Source: Ostrea edulis (taxonomy: Eukaryota). From it: DNA of 64,000 nucleotides. Both the position numbers and the translations under genes were made by a program. A model generated the notes under the pieces. The model was given only the letters and a program-made list of their open reading frames with translations. It made no database searches and was not told where the DNA came from. Each line of letters opens with the position of its first letter. Positions within the stretch are counted from its first letter, which is position 1. Below are positions 1-13,022 of this stretch, piece after piece. The DNA lies in assembly GCF_947568905.1 (NCBI RefSeq), contig NC_079167.1:19902001-19966000 (forward strand), written 5' to 3'.

Positions 1-1223
1 CCCCGGTAATCAGTATTAATGTTTGGAATACGTTATACAACCCTGGTAATTAGTATCCATGTTTGTAATACGTTATACAATCCCAGTAATCAGTATTAAT
101 GTTTGTAATACGTCATACAACCCTGGTAATTGGTATCAATATTTGTAATACGTTATACAACTCTGGTAATTAGTATCAATGTTTGTAATACGTTATACAA
201 CCCCGGTAATCAGAATTAATGTTTGTAATACGTTATGCAACCCTGGTAATTAGTATCAATGTTTGTAATACGTTATACAACTCTGGTAATTAGTATCCAT
301 GTTTGTAATACGTTATACAACCCTGGTAATTAGTATCCATGTTTGTAATACGTTATACAACTCTGGTAATTAGTATCAATGTTTGTAATACGTTATACAA
401 CCCCGGTAATCAGTATTAATGTTTGGAATACGTTATACAACCCTGGTAATTAGTATCCATGTTTGTAATACGTTATACAATCCCAGTAATCAGTATTAAT
501 GTTTGTAATACGTCATACAACCCTGGTAATTGGTATCAATATTTGTAATACGTTATACAACTCTGGTAATTAGTATCAATGTTTGTAATACGTTATACAA
601 CTCTGGTAATTAGTATCCATGTTTGTAATACGTTATACAACCCTGGTAATTAGTATCCATGTTTGTAATACGTTATACAACTCTGGTAATTAGTATCCAT
701 GTTTGTAATACGTTATACAACCCTGGTAATTAGTATCAATATTTGTAATACGTTATACAATCCCGGTAATCAGTATTAATGTTTGTAATACGTTATACAA
801 TCCCGGTAATTAGTATTAATGTTTGTAATACGTTATACAACCCTGGTAATTAGTATCAATATTTGTAATACGTTATACAATCCCGGTAATCAGAATTAAT
901 GTTTGTAATACGTTATACAACTCCGGTAATCAGTATTAATGTTTGTAATACGTTATACAACCCTGGTAATTAGTATCAATGTTTGAAATACGTTATACAA
1001 TCCCGGTAATCAGTATTAATGTTTGTAATGCGTTATATAACCCTGGTAATTGGTATCAATGTTTGTAATACGTTATATAACCCTGGTAAGTAGTATGAAT
1101 GTTTGTAATACGTTATTCAACCCTGGTTATTAATATCAATGTTTGTAATACGTTATACAACCCTGGTAATTAATACCAATGTTTGTAATACGTTATATAA
1201 CCCTGGTAATTTGCATCAATGTT
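1..1223. repeat. 40-bp tandem minisatellite, ~30 copies, runs off the window start
   Basis: Unit ccctggtaattagtatcaatgtttgtaatacgttatacaa with 40-bp periodicity to ~1223. Confidence 0.97.
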
Positions 1224-2026
1224 TTACACCATTCTGATCGCTATATGAATTGTGACCTACATTGTAGATTAAGATGATGATAACTGTTGATTTCTATGTC
1301 AGCATAGCATAGGTCAAGGCTACAAACAGAGCATACATGTAGGTCATAGCTACAAACAGAGCATAGGTTAAAACTACAAACAGAGCATAGGTCAAGACTA
1401 CAAGCAGCAATTGAATGTAGCGATATTGTATGTGGTTGTACCATGTAAAGATTACATTTGTAATTGACATTCTCTTATTTGCAACAGAGATGGTAGCTGG
1501 GGAGGAATATTTCTATAGATTTCTGGGGTCAGAAGTCAAGGTCATAGATGGTGTGCTCTTAACAAATATAAAGGGGTGGGGTGAGACCCCAAATGGTAAT
1601 TTTTCCAATAAAAGGGGAGTCGCAAACCCCTAAAATAGCAGGGGGGGGGGGAATCAAAAAATGTGTGTAGTTGCATCTCCTGCAATCCTATATGTACCTC
1701 TGTCGGGCAGGGGGAAGGGGTGCCCAACTTCAGCGGTGCCCTTGGTTCTTTTTTATAATCTTGGGGGATGATGCTTCTTTAATCATGAAACTTTTTTTAT
1801 ATTCAGGCCTGTTTGAAACTTTGTCGACAGAGAGAAATAATCAGTCGATGTGAGTGCATTCCGTCCACGTCATACATCAGTGTGGGAAATGACATGTCGT
1901 TACCGCTTTGTTCTAACGAAACTAGTAAGTCACTTCATTCCAATAACACGAGCAAAAAAAAAAACAAAAAAACACAACAACACTTCATTCCAATAGCACA
2001 ACCGATATAACAACACTCAATTTTAA

Positions 2027-2190
2027 AAACACGACCCAAAAACCCACTCAATTCTAGTTACACGACCAAAAAACCCACTCAATTCTAGTTACACGACCAA
2101 AAACCCACTCAATTCTAGTTACACGACCAAAAATCAACACTGAATTCTAAGTGCGCGACCAAAAAAAAACACACAATCCTAGTTACAGTA
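2027..2190. repeat. ~31-bp tandem repeat, ~4-5 copies
   Basis: Unit acacgaccaaaaacccactcaattctagtt repeated, degenerate at both ends. Confidence 0.85.
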
Positions 2191-3336
2191 CATACTGATG
2201 ACGATTTTGCACGTGTTGTTCTATTACTGTAGACAGTACAGACATATGACGATTTTACACGTGCGTTGTATTACAATAGAGAGTACAGACAGATGACGAT
2301 TTTACACGTGTTGTTCTATTACTGTGACAGTATAGACATATGACGATTTTACACGTGTTGTTCTATTACTGTAGACAGTACAGACAGATGACGATTTTAC
2401 ACGTGTGTTATATTACTGTGACAGTATAGACAAATGACGATTTTACACGTGCGTTCTATTACTGTAGACAGTACAGACAGATGACGATTTTACACGTGTG
2501 TTCTATTACTGTGACAGTACAGACAGATGACGATTTTACACGTGTTGTTCTATTATTGTGACAGTACAGACATATGACGATTTTACACGTGTGTTATATT
2601 ATTGTGACAGTACAGACAGATGACGATTTTACACGTGTTGTTCTATTACTGTGACAGTATAGACATATGACGATTTTACACGTGTGTTCTATTACTATGA
2701 CAGTACAGACAGATGACGATTTTACACGTGTTGTTCTATTACTGTGACAGTACAGACATATGACGATTTTACACGTGCGTTCTATTACTGTGACAGTACA
2801 GACAGATGACGATTTTACACGTGTTGTTCTATTATTGTGACAGTACAGACAGATGACGATTTTACACGTGTGTTATATTATTGTGACAGTACAGACAGAT
2901 GACGATTTTACACGTGTTGTTCTATTACTGTGACAGTATAGACATATGACGATTTTACACGTGTGTTCTATTACTGTGACAGTACAGACAGATGACGATT
3001 TTACACGTGTTCTATTACTGTGACATTACAGACAGATGACGATTTTACACGTGTTCTATTACTGTGACATTACAGACAGATGACGATTTTACACGTGCGT
3101 TCTATTACTGTGACAGTACAGACAGATGACGATTTTACACGTGTTGTTCTATTATTGTGACAGTACAGACGACGATTTTACACGTGTGTTATATTATTGT
3201 GACAGTACAGACAGATGACGATTTTACACGTGTTGTTCTATTACTGTGACAGTATAGACATATGACGATTTTACACGTGTGTTCTATTACTATGACAGTT
3301 CAGACAGATGACGATTTTACACGTGTGTTCTATTAC
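2185..3336. repeat. 46-48-bp tandem minisatellite, ~24 copies
   Basis: Unit gatgacgattttacacgtgt(t)gttctattactgtgacagtacagaca; ends ~60 bp before the first visible channel exon. Confidence 0.96.
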
Positions 3337-3393
3337 ATTGTGTGTAATTCTTCTCCTGTGACTAATACGCACTTGTGAAAATAATAATTGTAG

Positions 3394-6300
3394 AGCATCA
3401 GGAATGTGAGGAATTTATCAACTACAAGGTAGAAAACAACATGATCAGTTGTGACTGCCGAAGTCCTTGCAGGTACGTACATCCAGACAGAGGATTCAAC
3501 ATCTGATAAAACGTCTGTCTCTGACAGTTCTAGTTGTTGACTTTATTAGTAGTACTAATGAACCGATTGATTCTTCTTCCTTGTTTGACAAATGCATGCA
3601 CAATCTTTTTTTTTCCAGGCAAAAAGTGTATGAGACGAGTTTGTCTGGAAGAGCATGGCCAAGTCAAAAGTTTCTGGTAAGTCAGAAGGGACATTGATAT
3701 TACATGTGTATTTCCTTCGATACATGAACTGAATGCTTGAATGCTCTGTAAAGCGTCTTATCATTGTTTGATTATTTAAGTTCGCTAATGATTTGCTGAT
3801 TTCATAGTTATAAATGCAACTTTTAAAGTTTCCATTGGGTATGAAATTTTTTCTCGAACTTAAATAATCTATGAGTGATATTCCACAGTCCTATAAGTAT
3901 GGGTTTCCAACAATGTCTGTTACAATACTATATCGTATTTTTTGTAGAAAATTATTTTATAATTGTTGTTTTCGTAGGTTGAAAATATCATGGGAGACAT
4001 CTGTGGTTCAAACGAGAACTGGTACTTCTCCGGAGATTGTTATTACATTTCGAACAAATATACCCTACAAGATTCTACCGCAGAAAAGTATCTATTTATT
4101 ATCTTCATATGTTTCATACCGATTGTTTGGCCGTTCTTGGCACACTGATTTTGACTACGGATTACTCCGTTTACCCGATGAAGATACATGTTTAGGGCTC
4201 ACAATCGGTCCTTCGAATGAGACCGCAAAAACCGAGTCCCGTGTCACAGCAGGTGTGGCACGATAAAGACCCCTCCCTACTCAAAGGCCGTAAGCGCTGA
4301 GCATAGGCCTAAATTTTGCAGCCCTTCGCCGGAAATCGTGACATCTCCATATGAGTGAAACATTATCGAGTAGGACGTTAGGCTGTTCAAAATTAATTCT
4401 ACGTTTAACGTCACCTCAAAACTTCAAAACCTACGAGGGAGGGAGGAAAAAAATAAACAAACAAAAATTTTAAACAAATGTGTATTTATTGAAAATCACC
4501 AATTCAGTGACCCAAAAATCAACAATTTCAAATAGACATCATCCAATTTAGTGACCAAAAACGTAATATGTCAAATTAAACACATTGTGGGATTTGATTT
4601 TCAAGTCCAAGTCAATTTTTGCGTTTTCCCAGCAAAGACTTTTTCCTTAATCTGGGTTTGTATCCCTTCTGCGAACACACCATGCAGATTGGGTGAGCAG
4701 AGGAGTGGTTTGCGATTATATCAGGTGGTACATCCAATGGATTTTCATCACCACAAACATAGCAAACTAAAGGAAAACTTTTCCTTTTGTGGAAATAGTT
4801 GCTAGACACATGTGACTCAGTTACAATTAAAATTATGATGACAATATTTCATACATTTTTATAATGACACATCTTAAAGTTTAAAATATGCTTTACTTTG
4901 TTTTGTGTTGATTTTTTAAATACAATTTTGAAAGGAAGATGCTAATCTGGTGTACCACAACTAAAAGATCAGGATTGTACCTTCACATCAACAAATACAA
5001 GGCAGGATTCCGATAGTTTAGGACGCCTTCAAATAAATTGATTAAATAATTAGTTTTCTTTTTAGTGCTTTTAATTTTTATGATTAAATGCTTTGTACAA
5101 AGTAATTATCAATCAGCAAGTTCTGTATTTTCAATCGTAGTACAAACTGTCATGAAATAGTATATCGGAACTCTTCAGTGTTGAGAAGGTAAATATGAAA
5201 TGTGATAGGGAGTTAATAGGATGTCTAAGACGAAAAGTTGAAGCGATCAAGGAATTGATTAACCCATTTTAATCGCAAAAAGCGGCTGAATTTCAGGCAA
5301 GATTTCCCGAATCACTTTGTGCGACACTGGTCTGACATTCGGAAGAGGCGTCAGTCCAAATATCCAGCCTCGACGAATCTCGCTGAGATTAGTTCGGTTC
5401 AAACCATCTTTGTACGTTTTCTTTACTTTAATAGAGGGCGAAGCCCTCTCACGGCCCGAAGGGCCGTGAGAGCGGAGCTCTCCCTATAGGTAACACGTAT
5501 ATACATGTTTAAAAGGAAAATAATGAAAAATTAAACCATACCTATGGAACTTGAAAAGTTTGGTACCAATGGCGTCGATTCGAATATTAGCGCGTGGACA
5601 TGTATTCCTCCATTTTGAATCTCGTCTACCCTAGTTCACGTCGTTCTGAGATGTTACACATAAAATCCGTAAAAGCATGTAAATCTCATTTTCTTAATCA
5701 TATATAATCACTCCACGATTAACGCCATGTTTTTTGTTGTGGTTCAAACGCTTTGTTTGTAAATTTGCTAAATAACGACGCTGAATATGACGTCACAATG
5801 TACTGTTTACATCAATTGCGTTATATTTCCCGCGTTCAATATATAGGTGGATCAAATGTCCAAAAATTAGGATGCTTTGATACAGCTCCGTCCGCGTGCT
5901 AACTTCGGGTTGTTTTTGTCCTGTTTTGGATATAGATACTAATGTCAAAACTTTTTTGCTTCGCCCTCAAACACGGTTACGCCGTAAAACATATTAGTGG
6001 CATATACTTCCATTTTCTTCATTTAAGGGCCTCTGATTAAATTTTTCAATGCGTTTTCCTCTTACACGGGATGTAGAATTAAGTCGCTAAATGAAAAACC
6101 AAACCTGAACGACTACTTCAAATCCGGATTTGTTTGTTTTTTCAAAACGGGAATTTCGCCGAAACCTACGCGCGCGGGTGACGTTAAACGTAGAATTAAC
6201 TTTAGACAGCCTTAAACAATACACAATACCAGGCCATACCCTACAACCAGTGGCGGATTTAGAAGAGGCGCAGCCGGCGCCCCCCCCCCCCCCTAAAATT

Positions 6301-8715
6301 TTCGGAAAATGTACTAAACGATAAAAGAAGCAATAATTTCTTCCACTCCCGGAGAAATGAATTACAAAATCTTTTGATTTCTTGAATTAATTTATTGGGA
6401 GAACCTAATTTTTTCCTCCAAAAAACCCTTAAAATTTGGGTCATTTTATTCATTTCACTTTTTAAAAATGATAGAAAATGGTACAAATGACTAAATAGGA
6501 GAAATATTTCAAGCCCCATAAAATCTGTAAAATCCATAAGCTTGCGGGGGCTTCGCCCCTAGGTCCCCACCAGGACTTCGTCCCCACACCCACAGTCTCA
6601 TAAAGTGGCGCCCCCCATAACCGCAATTCCTGGGTCCGCCCCTGACAACAGTATCTATTAATTATGTTCTAGAAGTGTCAACGTGTATTAAATATTTCCC
6701 TTCCTTTCAGATAGTATCTCGAGCTAACTATTAATATTAGACAGTACCACCCAATGATATTTATTTCGATTTTGAAATTGTCATCCTGCATTTGTGATTG
6801 GCATACGTACTGTCTTGGAGATAGACGTATACTTGATATCGTTGTCACCACAGGCAATTGCATCGTTTGGGGTCGAATTTACTATTTAAGAGTCTTTAAT
6901 AGTAAATTCGACCCCAAGCGATGCAATGCCCTGTGGTGGTCACCATGACGCTTGACATCGTTGTCATCGTGACGTTTCGCGTACTATCTGATTCTTTCAA
7001 GCTGTCGTTTTTTGTTCGGCGTTAGACAAAATAAAAGTGTAAAAGTCATTTTTGAATTACAGAACATCTTTCAGAACTGTTTCATTTCTTCTTTATGTGT
7101 CGTAGAAGCGCAGTACAACAAACACAAAGTCCTTCTCTGCCATAAGTAATGAAATCCTGAAATTGAAATATTTGTTTAAGGCAATATGAACAAAAGGTAA
7201 CGTCATTTGCAAAAATTGAAACATGGCAAAATGATCTACATTGGAAACCCTACAAAATAACTATGATTTTAGCAAAATTCAGTGTTTGAATTGTTGAAAG
7301 TTCTATGATAAATTGTTTACTCATGATTTAGACCATACATCAAGACACCGAGGACTCTTTATCGTTCCAATGCATAACGTGACCCTGGAGATCATTGGAT
7401 TTCATGACATCTCTGACTCATGACTAAAACGTGACACTGGAGATCATTGGATTTCATGACATCTCTGACTCATGACTAAAACGTGACACTGGAGATCATT
7501 GGATTTCATGACATCTCTGACTCATGACTAAAACGTGACACTGGAGATCATTGGATTTCGTGACATCTCTGACTCATGACTAAAACGTGACACTGGAGAT
7601 CGTTGGTTTTAATTAAATATCTGCATTATCACTAAACGATATCACTAATTTGGACCCACCCTTAAGTCAAAACCCTGGGATTGCTGTATCAGTAAACTTA
7701 AAGAGTTCTTCAAATGATAAAGACAATAATCACTATAATAATTTTGGCTCCACCCTAAAAACCAAACCCTTACCCCCTAGGATCACCGGTAAAATTCCTT
7801 CTAACTATCCATTTAGTCTCAATGTAGTATCAATAACATTAAAGCATGACTCATTACTCTCATTCCAGTTACAACCATTCACCGACTCTCTACAACAACT
7901 GATAGCGTCATTGAGATACACGCATACTGCATTATCTCATGTGTAAGAAACTAGTGTCAATAGAACCAATCAACAGGTCCGTAGGAGAGGCTTTCGAAAA
8001 ATGGGGGGGGGGGGGGGGGGTGTCGATGAGTAAACCATATCTTTGGACATATTTTTAAAGATTTTCAAATATGAAGTTTTGAAAGATATCGAAAATCTAG
8101 AGTGGCAACCCGCAATTCGTATTTCTGCGGACTTCTTGTGGTTTTAATACAATAAAAATAAACATGCAATTATCTTTGCAGGCTATCGGGAAACTTTCTT
8201 AAAGTCATTGTTCATTATGAAGATTTAAACTACGAAGAAATAAAAGAAGAGCCCATGTACGATGTAGGTACATTAGATATAAGGATTGATGTTCAATCGT
8301 AGTAATACCAATAGTGTATCTGCAGAACCGTAGCTCACTGGTCAACTTTGGGAGAACCTGAGAACTACAGACCCACGCGTTATTGAAACCTTCGATTTAC
8401 GGCGCAGATTTTCCTGCTCGCGGTTGAAATGTTATAGATCCGCATCTCTCTACCACCGCCTCAAGATTTTAGTATCAAATATAATAATGCTTTATTGCAG
8501 AATACACCCATATGGGTCAAGCAAACAAATGAACAAATTAGGAACATTCAGATAATATATATATGCAAATACATATGCTTCCACACATACTTGTACATAA
8601 TGCACGGTATATACATACACATACACTCGCATATAATATAAGATTCGTAAAAAAAATCACTAGCGGCAAGACACAGAAGTCACGTTCGAAATGAAAACTT
8701 TCAACCTCAGTGAAG

Positions 8716-8750
<35 letters not shown>

Positions 8751-10220
8751 ACTATCTATTGACCAAAACAAAAATTTGAGTTCGTTTTTTAAAATGATTA
8801 TTTAAAGAGATTTGAATATCTTTGTATTAAGATACCAGGATTAGGTTTCAGCGCCCAGGAACATATTTTCACGTCTAGAGGAGCTATATTTTCCCGTCTA
8901 GAGGAGCTATATTTTTGTTTTCATTTTGTGTATGCTATTTGTGTTCAAGATCATGGTGACCGAAAACTACTCTAAGTATAGTATGAAAACTTGAATTAAT
9001 CGAATTAACTGACAACCTGACATGATTATATCTACAGGCAAACAAGATTGAAGCTGTGAGTTTTCATTTGGAATGGGACTTCAATAAAAATAAATGTTTA
9101 AAGTTATGTCTGACCACAAGTGTAGTTAGTAAACACAATTTTCCCTTTCTAGTGTAAAGGGTGTAGTAATGTTAAGCTGTTGGGAGAGGGCCTACTTGGG
9201 CTATTCCTCACCCTGTTGCCGGATCCTTTTGAGTTCATCAATAAGATATGTTTAAATAAAAAAAATTGTTTAGCGATTTCTCAAAGCACATACGGACTTG
9301 TCCTGACGACACACACCAGATATTGATTTCACATCGTTAGCGTGTTTGTGCTGGGGGGGGGGGGTGTGGACGGGGGTGGTGGTGTAAAAAAAGTTGTTTT
9401 GTTTATACATGCCAGATTGGGTTCATTATACCAGTTGTTTCATCAATACAAACACTGACATGGGGATATATGTATGTCAAGAAGTCTTGCTATTAAAAGA
9501 GATGTAACAAAATCTGAATCATGCACAGAATAAGCTGTGCCGTAAATATAAGGCTTCATAACGGATGACTGTAGCTCTGAGGTTCACCCCTTTCCACCCA
9601 GAGAGCTACCGTCCTGCTGCGTGCGACTACTGGTACTATCTCTTCTGCTCTCAATCGTTTATCTTCCCTTCCTCATCTTTAAAATCTATATAGTAATTAC
9701 CGATCACTTCATTTGTTGGTACTAATCAAGGGCTCAACGTAATGATGTAACAAATACATTTTGTTTTGTTTATTCTGTTTAAAATCTTGATTTACATGCT
9801 CATTACATATACACTTGCAAACTGTGTTCGTATTTCATATTATTGGGGAAAAGTGAATTGGATTCGTGCAAAACGTATGAACAACGTTAAATTACATGTG
9901 AATGCCATGAAAATTTGTTGAACATGAAATACATGTAGAGCTAATGACGTCTGTATATCTATGTTTGTCTGTTACAGGGCTTTCTGTATATCTATGTTTG
10001 TCTGTTACAGGGCTTTCAGTTCGTCTCCGACGTTGGTGGAACGTTGGGGCTTTTCGTGGGAGCTTCCATCCTCAGTTTTGTAGAAGTACTTCAATTTCTC
10101 ATCGAACTATTTAACTTTTTGCGATCTAAATTGTTCATGCGATCGACGCGTTCATTGGCACCTGTCACAGAAATCCATTTCCAGGACGGTTATGAAAAGC
10201 AAATCACAATGACAGAATGA
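3394..10220 (+). CDS. DEG/ENaC (ASIC/FaNaC-like) ion channel, 3' part; 5' exons not identified in this window
   Basis: GT-AG exons: 3394-3472 (HQECEEFINYKVENNMISCDCRSPC, thumb C-x-C-x3-PC motif); 3619-3676 (QKVYETSLSGRAWPSQKFL, WPS motif); 8182-8263 (LSGNFLKVIVHYEDLNYEEIKEEPMYD); 10011-10220 (GFQFVSDVGGTLGLFVGASILSFVEVLQF...TE*, TM2 with GAS filter). Phases require a 0-to-2 exon between 3676 and 8182; best candidate 5121-5188. Confidence 0.9.
4140..4380 (+). mobile_element. Composite non-autonomous repeat: fragment of the 63710 family followed by a SINE 3' half
   Basis: cccgtgtcacagcaggtgtggcacgataaagaccc...gcataggcctaaattttgcagccc...catctccatatgagtgaaa matches the reverse complement of the copy at 31727-31997. 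Assigning the first part to the 63710 family is from memory of oyster repeats. Confidence 0.7.
4612..4809 (-). pseudogene. Cys-rich C-terminal fragment resembling mollusc transposon-associated proteins (CxxC...CxxC plus basic tail)
   Basis: YFHKRKSFPLVCYVCGDENPLD...PICMVCSQKGYKPRLRKK; isolated, no upstream ORF. Confidence 0.3.
5121..5188 (+). CDS. Candidate missing DEG/ENaC exon (FCIFNRSTNCHEIVYRNSSVLR)
   Basis: Phase 0-to-2 as required and good donor AG|GTAAAT, but weak AAG acceptor without a polypyrimidine tract. Confidence 0.35.
5431..6990. mobile_element. Non-autonomous Helitron/Helentron-like element with a terminal double hairpin, interrupted by a MITE
   Basis: gagggc-gaa-gccctc (5434-5448) and ctcacggccc-gaa-gggccgtgag (5448-5470) hairpins. 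Right boundary is approximate. Confidence 0.4.
6248..6644. mobile_element. MITE with CAG...CTG termini and 5-bp TSD (ACAAC)
   Basis: Imperfect TIR cagtggcgga / tccgcccctg; ACAAC at 6243-6247 and 6645-6649. Confidence 0.8.
7378..7606. repeat. 52-bp tandem repeat, ~4.4 copies
   Basis: Unit gtgacactggagatcattggatttcatgacatctctgactcatgactaaaac. Confidence 0.93.
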
Positions 10221-10244
10221 AGAGTCTGGCACTAGATTTCTGAA

Positions 10245-10250
10245 AATAAA
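10245..10250 (+). terminator. Candidate polyadenylation signal of the DEG/ENaC gene
   Basis: AATAAA 25 nt after the stop codon. Confidence 0.4.
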
Positions 10251-10671
10251 AGAGTTATGTTTCATCTCAAATTTAAGAATGAAACACGGCCAAGATTTTA
10301 CTATAAGTAGAGTCTCACAATAGCAAACTTGTCAATTCTCAACTAAGATGATTTTTCTTTGCTGATTTGAGTTTCATTTGCTGTAAAGCGGCCCTTTTGG
10401 AAAACCCATTATCCTCCCGTTGTGGGCGTTGTCTTCGTTTATCCCTTGCTGCGTGTTCTGGGGATAACCCTTATCCTGGATTCCAGTCCGAGTCCTAGAC
10501 CTGAAGTACAGTCTCGGGGACTGCAGTTCGGTGACCATTTTTACCATTAATTTACTTCATTGGTACAGCAGATCAGGCGGACTCTTCATATGCTGGACCA
10601 TGACTCATCGCCTAGGACCAAAGTTTGAACACAATCTGGTGTCATTCTGTATTTACTTGCACTAGTATTTC

Positions 10672-11027
10672 TGTAACGTGTAGCGGCCATTCATCTAAGG
10701 AATGCCTCTTCAGCACGACAACCACCGTCGTCCCTGGATGAAATGACGCATGTACATAGACACAACCCTAGAAACTTTACCTGAAGTAGATATCTCGCCG
10801 AACACCAGAATCCCATCGCTGCCATCATTGTGTAACGTGTAGCGGTCATCCATCCATGGACTGATCACGCACGCCGCTACGAGATCTAGAGACTACCAAA
10901 TCACTAAAAAAAAAAGCTAGCTAGCTCACTAGTGAGGCAGTACAAGTTCCCTATATACCGACCGCTACACTAGAAAAGCTAGCTCACTAGTGAGGCAGTA
11001 CAAGTTCCCTATATACCGACCGCTACA
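10672..11027. mobile_element. LTR-like or TIR-like relic with doubled ends
   Basis: tgtaacgtgtagcgg at 10672 and 10831; ccgctaca at 10962 and 11020; ~58-bp direct duplication of the right end. No TSD found. Confidence 0.35.
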
Positions 11028-11354
11028 TTTCTTTGTTTTGTATTTTTTGCACATTTAATTTTTTTTGTTTTGATATCCTTGATATTTTCCTTGATTGACA
11101 GAGGTCATCCCTAAGGTTATGACAGTACTTTGATTCGAGAAAAATGTCTGCACATAAAATCTCGCTGGATGCTTTAGGGTAATCAATATTGTATTAGATG
11201 ACTACTTCTTTTGTGTGATGATTTCTAAATCTACATGATACTAACAGCGTGGGAGACTTTGTACTTATATAGCAAAAGTCATTCTAGATACTAATGATAC
11301 TTCTGTGCTGAAACTGCGGGGTCTATTCAAGTTTTATTCAGTAAATATGTGTAT

Positions 11355-11482
11355 GGTTGGTTGTTTGTTTTACGTTCCGTTGAGAATTTTTCACTCACAT
11401 TGGGACGTGATCAGAGTAGGTGAAGTACCACAAATTAGACCTATGCTTTGCGCTCTGGGCTGTAACAGTGAGGGTTCTTTAA
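11355..11482 (-). mobile_element. SINE 3' fragment
   Basis: ttgtttgttttacgttccgttgagaatttttcactcacattgggacgtg...gacctatgctttgcgctc is similar to the 31727 copy. Confidence 0.6.
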
Positions 11483-12671
11483 TTCTTTTTTGGGAAGTGT
11501 ATTTTTGATTTCTACATTGAAGGAGAATTCGGAAATCAGAAAGAAAGACCTGGGGTCGCAACACTTGTTATTGAGCTAAAGTGTTCCAGACATGACCTTT
11601 TTGCACTTAAAATTTATTCAATCAAACTTGATTTGTCTGTTGGTGTGAACACAACATAAGCAACACAAATCAATCATTACATAAGATAGATACATAATCA
11701 TGTCTTCTAACACTACAGATAAAAAAGAAATTTGATGCTAGCAATGGAAATAAATAATGACATATTTGCACTTGAAATACAAAAAAATTTCATGATATAT
11801 CAAATTTGAGAGCTTAAAAGGATATATTAGGAGTAATGTCAATTTCTAAAATTTCACATAATTTGCAAGGTCTTGTCTTAAAATTTAAAATGGAATTTTA
11901 AAAATTGAGGGTCAGAGACTTTTTTAAATTATTGGCGAAAATACAATTTTTCGAATAAATTAATTTAAACTATTTTAACAATCGGTTTTCTGTTTGTAAA
12001 AAACTATATAAACCAAAGTAATAAATTACAACATTTAAATCATAAATTATAAAACTGAAATACACGAGTGTAAAAATAGAGGACATATTGGATGAAACAG
12101 AAACTGTAATATCACGCAGATTCAGAACTTTTTTATTAATCAATCCTTACGCCACAAAATATAGTTCCTGCAAAACCCTTTCAAAATTTGAATTGACACA
12201 ATTTTTGTTCAACTGGATAGAGTTCATTCATAGATGTGCAATATGCTTGCACCAATGGGATCAGTATTGAACCAGTAAATACTTAGTTGTAGCATCCTGC
12301 GCAGTTGTGCTCAAAAGCTCAGGAGCTAACTTCCATAACGTCAATCTCTCACCAGAGGGCGTATTACTCTACGCTACAACACCTCTTTCAACGTCTACAT
12401 TTTCAAATTCTTGGCAAAACTTACTTTTATCTATTGCATCATAAATTATAATTTTACAAGTTTTAAGCTTTAAATCTTAAAGTAGGTTCACAAAAACAAC
12501 AAATTCCATGATTGAATGGATAAATATTTATATGAAACCTTTTACTTCGCACAGGTGTCTCACATTTACCATCTTCTGCTTTGAAAATTTCAGACAAGTG
12601 TTTGTTTTGCTTACATATTATCACTACAGTTTGATATGCTAAGTTAGTTTTAGTATATTTTAATTTGATAT

Positions 12672-12913
12672 ACTTTTTAGACGTTGACAGAGGTATTAGT
12701 GGAGCGAAGATTGCCTTAACGTGCCAAAGCCTGTGGCGACACGGGACCTCCGTTTTTAAGGTGATAACGGAAAGACCCGTGATTCTCACTTTTGAATGCC
12801 GAGCGTTTGGCGAAGGAGCAATCACTACCTATGCTTACGTCTTAGTTTGACACGGCCATGGTACGAGCGGGGCTCGAACTCACAACCTTCCGGTTACGAA
12901 GCGAACGCACTAG
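12672..12913 (-). mobile_element. tRNA-derived SINE
   Basis: The reverse strand has a tRNA-like head with Pol III B-box GTTCGAGCC (12871-12879), followed by the cccgtgtcgccacagg core shared with other SINE copies. Confidence 0.7.
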
Positions 12914-13022
12914 CGGAAGATCGTGAGATTGAATCATGGCCACGCCATACCTAAGACGTGACCATAGACCCTATAGTGATTGTTCCTTTGCCAAACGCTC
13001 GGCAATTAGAGGTGAAAATTTG
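12914..13022 (+). mobile_element. Degenerate second SINE copy, head-to-head with 12672-12913
   Basis: ctaagacgt...atagtgattgttcctttgccaaacgctcggca matches the reverse complement of 12790-12850. Confidence 0.6.

Noticed and set aside
3871-4266. 131-aa ORF
   Set aside because: Runs across repeat and SINE fragments in a channel-gene intron; no domain recognised.
7063-7145. Alternative candidate for the missing DEG/ENaC exon (NIFQNCFISSLCVVEAQY...)
   Set aside because: Phase-compatible, but the peptide fits the expected Cys-containing segment less well than 5121-5188; unresolved without cDNA.
12463-12850. 120-aa and 61-aa ORFs
   Set aside because: Chance ORFs in SINE sequence.
12860-12913. Possible tRNA gene
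   Set aside because: Only a B-box-containing tRNA-like head continuous with a SINE body; no full cloverleaf or terminator.
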